Program-made: the position numbers and the translations under genes
Assembly (NCBI GenBank): GCA_963701305.1
Contig: OY969586.1
Coordinates: 3,863,937-3,927,936 of the forward strand
DNA from: Candidatus Aminicenantes bacterium
Lineage (GTDB): Bacteria > Acidobacteriota > Aminicenantia > Aminicenantales > CAVYOD01
DNA: 64,000 bases
Reading direction: 5' to 3'
The notes under the pieces: model-generated
Seen by the model: only the letters and a program-made list of their open reading frames with translations
Databases searched by the model: none
What the model was told of the DNA's origin: nothing
In this document: positions 36,645 through 46,408 of the stretch, piece by piece
Layout of the letters: every line of letters begins with the position of its first letter
Position numbering within the stretch: the first letter of the stretch is position 1

Positions 36645-39305
36645 ATGAAATCCCCGAGACAAGGGCAATCTGTGGCCATGGTGATTTTCATAAGGACAAT
36701 GATCTTTTTATTTTTCTTCGCCTCCATTGCTTTTTCAGAAAACATCCCAACCCCCAAGGAAGTCGTCGGGTTTGAGCCAGGCCAGGACTATCATCTGTTG
36801 ACATACGAACAATCCTTGAAATATTACCGGGCCTTAGAGAAGGCAACAGATATGGTGAAGCTCGAGTTCATCGGGAATTCGAGCCTGGGTAAGGAAATGA
36901 TGGCCGTCATCATCTCCTCGTCAAAGAACATGGCCAATCTCGAGCACTACCGCGAGATATCCCTGAAGCTGGCTCACGTCAAAGAACTGGCCCCGGAGAG
37001 CGCTTCGGCGCTGGCTCACGAGGGCAAGGCTATCGTCTACATCGACGGGGGAATGCACGCCGCCGAGGTGGCCCCCGTCCAGGCTCTTCCCAACCTTGCC
37101 TACGAGCTCTTGACATCGAACGAACCCTATATCCAGAGCATCCGAGAGAACGTGATCGTCATCCTCCTCAACGCCAACCCCGATGGTCAGAACATGGTGG
37201 CTGAATGGTACCTGCAGAACCTGGGAACTCCTTATGAGCTCAGCCCGATGCCCTGGCTCTATGACAGATACACGGGTCATGACGACAATCACGATGCCTA
37301 CATGCTCACCCAAAAAGAAGTCCTCAACAAGCACACGTTTTTGATCAAGCGGTGGCACCCGACAATCACCTACGTCAATCATCAAACCGCGCCTTTCCCC
37401 GCCCGGATCTATGTCTATCCGAGCGACGACCCCATAAACCCCAACGTCAATCCCCTCATCGTCAGCTGGAGAAACCTCATCTCGGCCCACATGGGTCTTC
37501 ACTTAGATTTTCACAACATGCCGGGAACGATCGCTATGTCCCCCCTCTACGCACCCCAAGGGACGTGGAACGGGTGGGACACATGGTATATCGGCTACAC
37601 CGATACCATCGGGGACTTTTTCAATTGTGTGACCCAGATGACCGAAACAGCCGGATCAGGTTACGCCACGCCCAGGTTTTACACCTTGCGAGATTTTCCC
37701 CCGTGGGCCAGGGATCTGCGTCCCAGTACCCTCTATCCCAACCCCTGGAAAGGGGGCTGGTGGCGCCTCAAGGATGCGGCGGATTACATCAAGATGTCCT
37801 CGCTGTCTGTACTGGAAGTTGCAGACAAGTTCAAAGACAAGCTCCTCTACAGCGTCTACACGGCGGGGAAAAACACCATCGAACGCTTCTCCCAAGAGCC
37901 CCCTTATGCTTATGTTATCCCCTCCGCCCAGAGGGATCCGCTCATGGTTTCTTATATGCTGAGTCGCTTCGAACCTTACGACATTGAGATCTTCAGGGCT
38001 CAGGATGATTTTGTCGTCAATGGGCAGAAATGCAAAAAAGGGAGTTATGTGATACCCATGAACCAGGCCTATGCCTTGTATGTCAAGGCGGTCATGGAGG
38101 TCCAGCATTATCCTGAGCTCTATCAATACCCCGGGGGTCCTCCCACCGAACCCGATGAGATCGTCGCCTGGACTTTTCCTTATATTTTCGGAGTGAACGC
38201 GGTGGCTTCCGAGCAGCCGCTTGAAGTCAGGCTGGAGAGAGTGAACAAGATTGAGCCGCCGGCCGGAGGTGTGGAAGAGAAGGGTGCGGCGGCATTGCTC
38301 CTCGGGCATGAATCGAATGTTTCTCTTCGGGCGGCGAACCGCCTGATCAAATCAGGAGCCAGGATCTCCTGGGCCAAAAAGTCTTTTTCTGCTCAAGGAC
38401 GATCTTATCCGGCCGGGACGATGGTCATCAACCCCATGGGGGTCGATTCCGGCAAGATCGGGGGCTTGGCCAAAGAGCTCTCCCTGAAATTTGTCGCCCT
38501 GGAAAACAAGCCCGAAGTTCCCGCCTTTGAGCTCAAGCCCATTCATATCGGGCTGTATAAGTCATGGGTGGCCAACATGGATGAGGGTTACACTCGTTGG
38601 CTTCTTGAGCAATATGAGTTTCCGTTCGAAAACATATATGATGCGGACATCAGAGCGGGCGGCTTGAACGGGCGCTTCAACGTCGTTATTCTCCCCAGCG
38701 AGCCAAACGCCCGTCCCATGAGCGCGAATTTTAGAGACGAGAGAGCGATCAAGAATATCCTCGAGGGCCACGCTTCCGGAACCGTGCCGCCTCAGTACAC
38801 CGGGGGCATCACCGAGGCCGGTACCGAGAATCTCCGCCGCTTCGTCGAGGACGGAGGAACCCTGGTCTGCGTCGGCACGTCCTGTCTGTTTGCCATCGAC
38901 CAATTCCGTTTGCCGGTCAAGGACGCGCTCCTCGGCCTTGAGACAAAGGATTTCTATTGTCCCGGGTCTCTCGTCAGGATCGTCAACGTAGCCGATCATC
39001 CGATATCCTACGGCATGGAAGAATCATGTGCCGGATTTTTCTGGAATAATAACGGCTTCGAGATTGAACCCGGCCGCGGCGAAAAAACAGCCCGAGTGAT
39101 CACCAGGTACGCCGATAAAGGCCTGCTCATGAGCGGAAGGCTCATCGGAGAGAACCGGATGGCGGGCAAGGCGGCAGCGGTCGAGGTTTCTTACGGCAAA
39201 GGAAAAATCATTCTCTTCGGATTCCGGGTGAACTTCAGGGCCTCGACTCCGGTGACTTTCAAGCTCTTCTTCAATGCCCTGTACTATGGACCCAGCGTGA
39301 GTTGA
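36645..39305 (+). CDS. Large exported M14 family zinc carboxypeptidase (paralogue of 25442-28078)
   Basis: 886 aa with a signal peptide and HxxE in YIDGGMHAAEVAP. Collinear similarity to the other 880-aa M14 protein. Confidence 0.8.
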   Translation: MKSPRQGQSVAMVIFIRTMIFLFFFASIAFSENIPTPKEVVGFEPGQDYHLLTYEQSLKYYRALEKATDMVKLEFIGNSSLGKEMMAVIISSSKNMANLEHYREISLKLAHVKELAPESASALAHEGKAIVYIDGGMHAAEVAPVQALPNLAYELLTSNEPYIQSIRENVIVILLNANPDGQNMVAEWYLQNLGTPYELSPMPWLYDRYTGHDDNHDAYMLTQKEVLNKHTFLIKRWHPTITYVNHQTAPFPARIYVYPSDDPINPNVNPLIVSWRNLISAHMGLHLDFHNMPGTIAMSPLYAPQGTWNGWDTWYIGYTDTIGDFFNCVTQMTETAGSGYATPRFYTLRDFPPWARDLRPSTLYPNPWKGGWWRLKDAADYIKMSSLSVLEVADKFKDKLLYSVYTAGKNTIERFSQEPPYAYVIPSAQRDPLMVSYMLSRFEPYDIEIFRAQDDFVVNGQKCKKGSYVIPMNQAYALYVKAVMEVQHYPELYQYPGGPPTEPDEIVAWTFPYIFGVNAVASEQPLEVRLERVNKIEPPAGGVEEKGAAALLLGHESNVSLRAANRLIKSGARISWAKKSFSAQGRSYPAGTMVINPMGVDSGKIGGLAKELSLKFVALENKPEVPAFELKPIHIGLYKSWVANMDEGYTRWLLEQYEFPFENIYDADIRAGGLNGRFNVVILPSEPNARPMSANFRDERAIKNILEGHASGTVPPQYTGGITEAGTENLRRFVEDGGTLVCVGTSCLFAIDQFRLPVKDALLGLETKDFYCPGSLVRIVNVADHPISYGMEESCAGFFWNNNGFEIEPGRGEKTARVITRYADKGLLMSGRLIGENRMAGKAAAVEVSYGKGKIILFGFRVNFRASTPVTFKLFFNALYYGPSVS

Positions 39306-39340
39306 GTCTTTTCCCTGTTTCTCAAACAAGGAGGGATATC

Positions 39341-40501
39341 ATGAAAGGGAAGATCGCCGGCACTTTGTCCTTTTGTTTATTGATGACTTGTTTCTTTTTA
39401 GTCTTCTCCCTGGCCAGTTCCCTCGGAGCGGCCGAACAGCAGAAAAATCAGGTAGCCCTCAAAGAGATATCAATCCCCATAATCTACGGGAAGGGAACTC
39501 ATTATGAGGTGGGATTCCAGATCGGGACACAGCTCAAGAATAATCTCGTCCAGCGCGTCGAACGGATCAAAAAGAAGGAAGAATGGAAAAGGATTAAGCC
39601 TGAGGCTGAACTGTTTCTGCAATATTCGAAAAAGTACGTGCCCGAATATGTCACCGAAATCAAAGGAGCCGCCGACGCCGCCGGCCTCGAGCTTGAAGAT
39701 CTCTTCCCCACGATCTGTGAAGAGATCGGCTCCCGGGGCTACGAATATACAGCCGGGTGCAGCGATCTGATCGCCTCGAATGACGTGACCGAGGATGGTT
39801 CGGTCCTCGCCGGCCATAACAACGATACCTCGGCCTCCTCACAGGAATCTGTGACGATCACTCATTACGAGGTCGAGGGCGAGCCCCAGATCATTGCCCT
39901 GGGCTATGGCGGCCTGACGATCAGCGTCGGCTACAATTCTGCCGGAATCAGCCTGACCGGAAACCAGGTCAACTCGAACGACATGAGGGTCGGCGTCCCG
40001 CGCATGCTCCTCGTCCGAAAGATCTTGGCCGCGAAAAGGATCGGAGAGGCGATCGATGCGGCGATTCTAAAGGAGAGGGCATCCAACTACAACCAGGTTA
40101 TTACAGACGCGAACGGAGAGATCTACAGCATCGAAGGTTCAGCCACCGATTACGAGCCCATCTACTCCACAGACGGCTATTTGGTTCATACCAACCACTA
40201 TACCTCACCGTGGATGAGGCGGTTTGAACTGGACCCGAACCGAATCATTTGGTCCATGATCCGCTACAACAGGGGCGTCAGACTGATGAAGAATAGCCGG
40301 GGAAAGATCACCGTAGACAAACTCAAGGAATTCCTTTCCGATCATGTGAACTTTCCCGAAGCCATCTGCCGGCACGGCACGGGCACCAAGACGACCTTTT
40401 CCATCATCATCAACCTGAATACGCTGAAGATGTGGCTGGCGAGAGGAAACCCCTGCGAAGTCAAATACAACGAGTACCAGCCTTTTTCTAAAGGGAGATA
40501 G
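39341..40501 (+). CDS. C45 family (acyl-CoA:6-APA acyltransferase-like) Ntn-hydrolase, exported
   Basis: ATG 39341 follows AAGGAGGG. Signal peptide. Putative autoprocessing Gly-Cys in YTAGCSDLIAS. Confidence 0.75.
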   Translation: MKGKIAGTLSFCLLMTCFFLVFSLASSLGAAEQQKNQVALKEISIPIIYGKGTHYEVGFQIGTQLKNNLVQRVERIKKKEEWKRIKPEAELFLQYSKKYVPEYVTEIKGAADAAGLELEDLFPTICEEIGSRGYEYTAGCSDLIASNDVTEDGSVLAGHNNDTSASSQESVTITHYEVEGEPQIIALGYGGLTISVGYNSAGISLTGNQVNSNDMRVGVPRMLLVRKILAAKRIGEAIDAAILKERASNYNQVITDANGEIYSIEGSATDYEPIYSTDGYLVHTNHYTSPWMRRFELDPNRIIWSMIRYNRGVRLMKNSRGKITVDKLKEFLSDHVNFPEAICRHGTGTKTTFSIIINLNTLKMWLARGNPCEVKYNEYQPFSKGR

Positions 40502-40542
40502 GGACCGGCATCAATACAAAGACCCCCAGCGAGTTTGTGTTG

Positions 40543-42696
40543 CTAGCTCTTTGAATCGCCCTTTTGACCCTTGAGGACGTTTGCCAGGGCCGCCTGAAGT
40601 GTCCCGTCGGCATTGCTGACGGCCTTATCCAAAAGGGAAATCTGCTCCTTGGCCCGAACCCAATCTTTTTCTTCCACGGCCTCGGTAATCCCGGGAATGA
40701 CTTCTGGATGGTAATTGAACTTGCAGGCATAGATGAGGTGCTTGTACCAGGGGCGTTTCGGGATCCCGCCAGGAAAGCCAAAATCTCTTTCGGTTTGCAT
40801 GAGGGCGGCGTTCAGGGACTGTAGAATTTCGGGAGAGCCCGGACTTCCATTGGAGAGCAGTCTTTCAACCTGACCATTCAGTTCGTGGGCGGTCTTTTGA
40901 AAGCTCTCGATTCGGCCGCTGAGGCGGTTGAGGTCGGAGGAAATTGGTTTTTCGGCTTGGCTTTCGATTTCTTTGACGTAGGACCCGATCTCCCTGGCAT
41001 AGGCTTCATAATCAAAAGGATAGATCTGGGCATTGGCAAGTCTCAGAGCCGTCATCCCCCAGATGGTCGCCATGGTGGCGTGATAGCCGAATTGCGGGTC
41101 ACCGAAATGGGACATCCAGTAAAAGTCGTCATACTGGGAGTGGTAGACCCCGTACGGGCCCTCAAAACCCATCCCGATGACGGGCATGCAGACGAAATTC
41201 AGAAAGGCTGTGTGGTCGCTTCCGCTCCCGACCCTTGTCTCGATGAATTCGGTTCCGCCCCTTCGATTCCTTCCCTGTCTGGTCTTGATGGCATCGTAAA
41301 TTGGCTTTCCGCTCAGGGGATCCGCGACTTCTTGAGTGATCTGCAGAATAGAATCTCTTAAGGAAGGAACGGCGGTCGCTCCAAAATTTGGTCCGGAAAC
41401 GGCGGAATCGACGTTGACATAGACCACTCCATCTTTCTTCAGCTTGTCCGCATATTGCTCTGCCCATTCTGTAGATCCAGTGAGGGTAATTTCCTCGGCA
41501 TCCCAATTGCAGAATACAATGGTCCGCTTCGGCCGATGGCCCTCCTTGGCCAACCTTCCCAAATTTTGGGCCAAACCCAGCAAGGCCGCCGTGCCGCTGC
41601 TCGGGTCGACGGCACCATAAACCCATGCATCACGATGGTTCCCCAGGACGACCCATTTTTCAGGCTCCTCGCGACCTTTGATCTTGCCCACAACATTCCA
41701 GATGGAGCCAACGGGGCTTTCCATCTCCACCTTGAGATGGACCTCGGTCGGGCCCGGTCCGACGTGGTAAGTAAAAGGCAGCCCTCCCTGCCATTCCGGC
41801 GGGACGGCGGGACCCCGCAGATTCTCCAAGAGAGGCCGGGCTTCTTTGTGCGAGAGGGGAACGGCCATGATTTTGGGAAGAATTTCCGACTCCCCGGGCT
41901 TCAGCCGCTTGGCTTCCGGGATCGAGGCCCAACCGGGGGTCAGGGGATCTCCGGGGACGATGAAATCAAACGGGATCCCGCCCCGCTGAATATGACTCGC
42001 CGGCCCCCAAGGCCCGTCCGGAAAGACATCACCCCGGGCGTAGCCATCATCCTTGGGATCGGAATAAATGAGCAGTCCGGCGGCGCCTCTATGTTGGGCC
42101 GTCAAGGCTTTGAAGCCTCTGTAGCTGTAGGGCTCCGAGTAGCGGACCAGGGCGATTTTGCCCTTTATATCTATCCCCATCTTGAGAAGCTTGTCATAAT
42201 CCTCCGGGTCGCCACCGTGGGCATAGACAACCGGCGCCGTGATTTCACCGGAGATCGAATAAGCATTAAATCCGATACTCACTTTGCTGTTAGAAGAATC
42301 TTTGTCGACCGCATAACCTTCTTCCTTGAGAGTGGCTCTAAAGCTCGTTGGTTCGACCATCTCCACGACAATATCTTTAGGATAGGAGAGGAGGACTTGG
42401 TATTCAACGAGCTCCACTTCCTCAAGGCCGAACTCTTTGAACTTATCCCTGACGTACAGGGCCAGGTCATAGTTTTCCTTAGTGCCGGCGATATGGGGCT
42501 CCTTGGTCAGGAATCTCAAATGCTCTTTATAGACCTCGGGATCAGACAGCCTGGCGAGCGCGGCTTCGGTTTGGCGCTCCTTCCTTGAGCCGTCGGTCGT
42601 AAATCCTCTGATTCTCTGCCCGGTCGATTCGCCGTTCGTCTGCAGAAATAAAAGGACGACGAAGCTCAGGAAGATTCCCCAGTTGAGATTTTTCAT
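40543..42696 (-). CDS. M28 family peptidase of the glutamate carboxypeptidase II / transferrin-receptor-like type
   Basis: 717 aa with a signal peptide. PA, M28 and C-terminal dimerisation-like regions recognised from the sequence. Confidence 0.75.
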   Translation of the reverse strand: MKNLNWGIFLSFVVLLFLQTNGESTGQRIRGFTTDGSRKERQTEAALARLSDPEVYKEHLRFLTKEPHIAGTKENYDLALYVRDKFKEFGLEEVELVEYQVLLSYPKDIVVEMVEPTSFRATLKEEGYAVDKDSSNSKVSIGFNAYSISGEITAPVVYAHGGDPEDYDKLLKMGIDIKGKIALVRYSEPYSYRGFKALTAQHRGAAGLLIYSDPKDDGYARGDVFPDGPWGPASHIQRGGIPFDFIVPGDPLTPGWASIPEAKRLKPGESEILPKIMAVPLSHKEARPLLENLRGPAVPPEWQGGLPFTYHVGPGPTEVHLKVEMESPVGSIWNVVGKIKGREEPEKWVVLGNHRDAWVYGAVDPSSGTAALLGLAQNLGRLAKEGHRPKRTIVFCNWDAEEITLTGSTEWAEQYADKLKKDGVVYVNVDSAVSGPNFGATAVPSLRDSILQITQEVADPLSGKPIYDAIKTRQGRNRRGGTEFIETRVGSGSDHTAFLNFVCMPVIGMGFEGPYGVYHSQYDDFYWMSHFGDPQFGYHATMATIWGMTALRLANAQIYPFDYEAYAREIGSYVKEIESQAEKPISSDLNRLSGRIESFQKTAHELNGQVERLLSNGSPGSPEILQSLNAALMQTERDFGFPGGIPKRPWYKHLIYACKFNYHPEVIPGITEAVEEKDWVRAKEQISLLDKAVSNADGTLQAALANVLKGQKGDSKS

Positions 42697-42709
42697 AGAC
42701 CGTCCTCCT

Positions 42710-43579
42710 TCATTTTATTTCTTTTGCCGCAGTTGCCTTTCCCCCGACTTGAACCCGTTTGATTTCTTTCTTTTCGGTGTCGAGGCGGACGAGTATTTCC
42801 GAGGGTCTTCTGAGGCAATAACCCTGTTCGAAAACGAGTCTTTGGGTATGTCCCTGAGCAATCCTTCCGTGCCTGAATAGATAGCAGGCGAGCGCGCCGG
42901 AAGAGGTGCCTGTCGCCGCCTCTTCCGGGATCCCGTACAAGGGAGCGAAATTCCGGCAATGGGCGGCGGATTTGAATTTTGTCTCCTCCGTGAAGACATG
43001 ATAGCCAACACTCCGGTGCGTCTTGCTGATTTTGGCGATTTGTTCAAAATCGGGTTTGAGGCTAAAAAGCCCCCGGAGCGTGGAGATCGGAATCATGATA
43101 TCGCGGAGTCCGGTTGAGACAATTTGAACGGGCAACTCCGGCACGAGCGAATCGACGCCCGTCCCCAGGGACAGGGCAACTTCGTTGCCAGCTATTGTTT
43201 TGTCGAACGATGGCAATGTCTGTTCCATAAAAACCGTCCCGTCCTTTTGGACTTCCACCCCCAGGATACCGGCTCGTGTTTCTTGTCTGAAGTTTCCCGC
43301 CGGAATCCGTCCGAGCTGATGGAGAAGAGAAAAAGCCGCGATTGTGGCGTGACCGCACAGGGCCACCTCTTCGGTCGGGGTAAAAAAAGAAATCTTGAAA
43401 TCCGCCAGATCAGACTTCTGGACGAATGCGGTTTCCGAATAACCAACTTTAGCAGCCAGCTTTTGCTTAAATGGTTCGCTCATCACATCCGCATCGAGGA
43501 CGACCCCCGCCGGGTTCCCACCTGTCTTCGTTTTGGCAAATGCGTTCAAAGCAAAGACTTTGATACCTTCTTGCTTCAT
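42710..43579 (-). CDS. PhzF family isomerase/epimerase-fold protein
   Basis: ATG 43579 follows AAAGGAAAGG. N-terminal VFALNAFAKTKTGGNPAGVV is typical of PhzF-like proteins. Confidence 0.8.
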   Translation of the reverse strand: MKQEGIKVFALNAFAKTKTGGNPAGVVLDADVMSEPFKQKLAAKVGYSETAFVQKSDLADFKISFFTPTEEVALCGHATIAAFSLLHQLGRIPAGNFRQETRAGILGVEVQKDGTVFMEQTLPSFDKTIAGNEVALSLGTGVDSLVPELPVQIVSTGLRDIMIPISTLRGLFSLKPDFEQIAKISKTHRSVGYHVFTEETKFKSAAHCRNFAPLYGIPEEAATGTSSGALACYLFRHGRIAQGHTQRLVFEQGYCLRRPSEILVRLDTEKKEIKRVQVGGKATAAKEIK

Positions 43580-43615
43580 GGCCTTTCCTTTTCGATCTCC
43601 AACAAGTGGCGACAA

Positions 43616-43644
43616 GGCCGCTCTTCCAGATTATTGGAGCGGCC
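43616..43644 (-). other. Second stem-loop in the phzF leader
   Basis: GGCCGCTC and GAGCGGCC form perfect 8-bp arms around a 13-nt loop, 37 nt upstream of ATG 43579. Confidence 0.4.
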
Positions 43645-43715
43645 GGCAGATTCAGAGAACCGTCTGGTCCGGAGCCCGATGATTCGATGCGCTGAGCTCC
43701 TGGGCTCCTATTTTT

Positions 43716-43747
43716 CTTCGAAAAAAGAGGGATGAAGAATCCCCTCT
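43716..43747 (-). terminator. Intrinsic terminator-like hairpin on the minus strand inside the phzF upstream region
   Basis: The minus strand reads AGAGGGGAT-TCTTC-ATCCCTCT followed by TTTTT. Confidence 0.5.
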
Positions 43748-43797
43748 GGGCTGCAGAGGCTTGGCAGGCATCTCAGGCCCGATCATGGTCCTGACAG

Positions 43798-43827
43798 ATG
43801 TTATTTCAGAGCCGGAGAAGATGTCAA
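43798..43827 (-). promoter_or_regulatory. Divergent minus-strand promoter (TTGACA-N18-TAACAT), back to back with the M14 promoter
   Basis: The reverse complement of 43822-43827 is TTGACA and that of 43798-43803 is TAACAT. The two -35 boxes form the inverted repeat ATGTCAAGC-CGGA-GCTTGACAT. Confidence 0.35.
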
Positions 43828-43835
43828 GCCGGAGC

Positions 43836-43864
43836 TTGACATGTGCACAAAGTGTGTGTCATAA
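43836..43864 (+). promoter_or_regulatory. Promoter of the third M14 gene
   Basis: AGCTTGACATG context with TTGACA-N17-TCATAA, about 45 nt upstream of ATG 43908. Confidence 0.45.
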
Positions 43865-43907
43865 ATCGATTACGTTTTTCAGCGATTCCCAAAAAAAGGA
43901 GGGCATC

Positions 43908-45677
43908 ATGCCTCGAGCCCATTTTTGTGCGGCGCGATTTGTGATTGCTTTTTTGCTCTGCGCTGGAATCTTGGGTGCAGTCCCGCCCCTGCCGCAAACC
44001 CACCCATCCCAAACGTCCCAGACAAAAACCGGATGGGATCGCTACCTGAATTCCAACGAGATATACAAGATCATGAAGGAACTGGAACAGCGCTATCCGC
44101 AGCTGGCCAAAGTCTACGTCATCGGCAAGAGCTATTTAGGGAAAGAGCTTCATCTCATGGAAATTACCAACCAGGCGACGGGACCTGCTTTGAGCAAGCC
44201 CGGGATCTACATAGACGGAAATATGCACACCGGAGAGCAAACGGGGGCCATGTTAACCCTCTATCTCATTAATTTCCTGCTAACCGAATACGGAAGAGAT
44301 GCCCAGGCCACGAGGCTCGTTGACACGCGAACATTCTATTTGCGGCCAAAATATGAGGTTGACGCCTCGGACTGGTGGCTGGCCAACTCGGGGGATACCG
44401 ACTATGGGGGCAGCGTTCATCCTCGTGACAATGACCTGGATGGGAAATTCGACGAAGACCCGACTGAAGACCTCAACGGCGACGGTTTCGTAAACACCAT
44501 GCGGATCAAATCTCCTTTTGGCGGATGGAAGATCTCCGCGACTGACCCCAGGGTCATGACCAAGAGGAAAGATAACGAGTTGGGGGGGACCTATTATATC
44601 CTTCTCCCCGAAGGTATGGACAATGATGGAGACGGCCAGTTCAACGAGGACGGAATCGGGGGAATTAACCTCAGCCACAATTTTTCTTGGGGAAACCTCA
44701 ATCGGGAACAGATTCAGAGCAGCCCCTACACCCTGTCCGAGCCCGAGACCCAGGCGACCATCAAGTTCTGGATGGAGCATCCCAACATATGCCAGGCCGT
44801 TGACCTCCATACCTCAGGTTCGCTCGAAGAGCTCCTCTATTTTCCGGGGGGCGAAGAAATGCCCGCTTCCGACCTGGAGCTTTATAAGCGCCTCGCGACC
44901 GCATATGCCCAATTTACCAACCGTGAGGAGGTTCTTCCTCTCATGAAGACTTTTCCCCAGCCGATCTGGAAACTGGGGATGGGAGACCCTGAGCCGTTCA
45001 TGTATTATAACTTGGGAATACTGGGATGGTGCGAAGAACTCTGGGGGGATGATTATGCCAATCCCTTTCTCAGAAAATATGATAAAGATAAGGATCAGAA
45101 GATATCCCAGGAGGAGTTCCTCGATTTCCTCGAAAAGGAAGCCGGAGGAAAGTGGTTCGTCCCCTGGAAGCCATTCAAACACCCCCAATTGGGAGACATT
45201 GAGATCGGAGGCTTCGTTGAAAAATTCAGTGGTCAAAACCCGCCTCCCAATTTGCTGGAGCGGGAACTCAAATTCAAAGCCTCTTGGTACCTTTATCTTG
45301 CGGAGATTTCTCCGCAGGTGAAAATATCGGAAACAAAAGTCTCTCCATTGGACGAAAACGTGAGAAGCGTAAAGGTGACGGTCGAGAATCAAGGTCTCCT
45401 CCCCACCAATATCACCGATTGGGCGATCAAAGTGGGCTTGGCTAAACCCATTGTTGTCAAAATTGACCTCACAAATGCCGTCTGCTTGGACGGAGAAAAG
45501 GAAATTCGTCTGGGTCATATCCCGGGAAACGAAATCCAGTCGGGAAGGAACTCCGTGAGCGATCACAAGCGCACGGCCTCCTGGATTCTGAAGAAGACCG
45601 GCGGCAAGAGTGAGATCGTTATCAGCCTGATTTCTGAGAAGGCCGGCCGGGATAGCAAAAAGATTTCTCTGGACTAA
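43908..45677 (+). CDS. Exported M14 family zinc carboxypeptidase with Asp-rich Ca-binding-like repeats
   Basis: ATG 43908 follows AAAGGAGGG. HxxE in YIDGNMHTGEQ. Contains DNDLDGKFDED and DNDGDGQFNEDG repeats. Confidence 0.75.
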   Translation: MPRAHFCAARFVIAFLLCAGILGAVPPLPQTHPSQTSQTKTGWDRYLNSNEIYKIMKELEQRYPQLAKVYVIGKSYLGKELHLMEITNQATGPALSKPGIYIDGNMHTGEQTGAMLTLYLINFLLTEYGRDAQATRLVDTRTFYLRPKYEVDASDWWLANSGDTDYGGSVHPRDNDLDGKFDEDPTEDLNGDGFVNTMRIKSPFGGWKISATDPRVMTKRKDNELGGTYYILLPEGMDNDGDGQFNEDGIGGINLSHNFSWGNLNREQIQSSPYTLSEPETQATIKFWMEHPNICQAVDLHTSGSLEELLYFPGGEEMPASDLELYKRLATAYAQFTNREEVLPLMKTFPQPIWKLGMGDPEPFMYYNLGILGWCEELWGDDYANPFLRKYDKDKDQKISQEEFLDFLEKEAGGKWFVPWKPFKHPQLGDIEIGGFVEKFSGQNPPPNLLERELKFKASWYLYLAEISPQVKISETKVSPLDENVRSVKVTVENQGLLPTNITDWAIKVGLAKPIVVKIDLTNAVCLDGEKEIRLGHIPGNEIQSGRNSVSDHKRTASWILKKTGGKSEIVISLISEKAGRDSKKISLD

Positions 45678-45715
45678 GAAAGAATTCTCTTTCCTGGATA
45701 AAAAGTGAAGCTGAG

Positions 45716-46408
45716 ATGAAACACAGAGATATGGCGCTCGTCTTGATTGGCTTATTGCTTCATTTGGCCTGCTCTGCACCCGAGAAGAAGGCAAAAGAGA
45801 GACTCGCTTCTAGGAATATCGACTATTCTGAAAAGAGTTTTTTGGATTCAGTGGCCAGAGGTCAGACCGAGATCGTCAGTTTGTTCCTGGCATCAGGCAT
45901 GTCGCCTAATACTCATCGGGGAGAGATGACGGCATTGTTGGAGGCGTGCAGGAGAGGGAAGACTCACAACGAGATTGCGGCCGCGTTGATTGAAGCCGGG
46001 GCAGAGATCAATTCCAGAGACCCTTACGGCGTTACTCCTCTCATGTTCGCGGCCATCAGCGGGTCTCCGAAGACCATGGAATTGCTCATGAGCAAGGGTG
46101 CAGATGTGCGTGCCAAAGATGAGGATGGTCGGACAGCTCTCGTAGAAGTCCTCACGACAGAGAACGAGATGCCTCCGGAAATAGTTGAAGAGCTTGTCCG
46201 TGCCGGCGCGGATGTCAATGTCCGAATCTATGGGGGAATGACTCCTCTTATGATCGCCGCCGGGGGGAATCCGAGAACCCTGAGGGCATTAATCGAGGCC
46301 GGGGCTGATCTGAAGGCCAGAGACGACCAAGGAGCAACACCCTTGAGATGGGCCAAAGACTCTCCGGAGAATTATCAGCTGCTCAAGAACGCCGGAGCCA
46401 AGGAATGA
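45716..46408 (+). CDS. Ankyrin-repeat protein with N-terminal signal/lipoprotein-like sequence
   Basis: 230 aa with several ANK repeats (GVTPLMFAAISGSPKTMELLMSKGADV and others). The N-terminus is hydrophobic and ends in LAC. Confidence 0.8.
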   Translation: MKHRDMALVLIGLLLHLACSAPEKKAKERLASRNIDYSEKSFLDSVARGQTEIVSLFLASGMSPNTHRGEMTALLEACRRGKTHNEIAAALIEAGAEINSRDPYGVTPLMFAAISGSPKTMELLMSKGADVRAKDEDGRTALVEVLTTENEMPPEIVEELVRAGADVNVRIYGGMTPLMIAAGGNPRTLRALIEAGADLKARDDQGATPLRWAKDSPENYQLLKNAGAKE

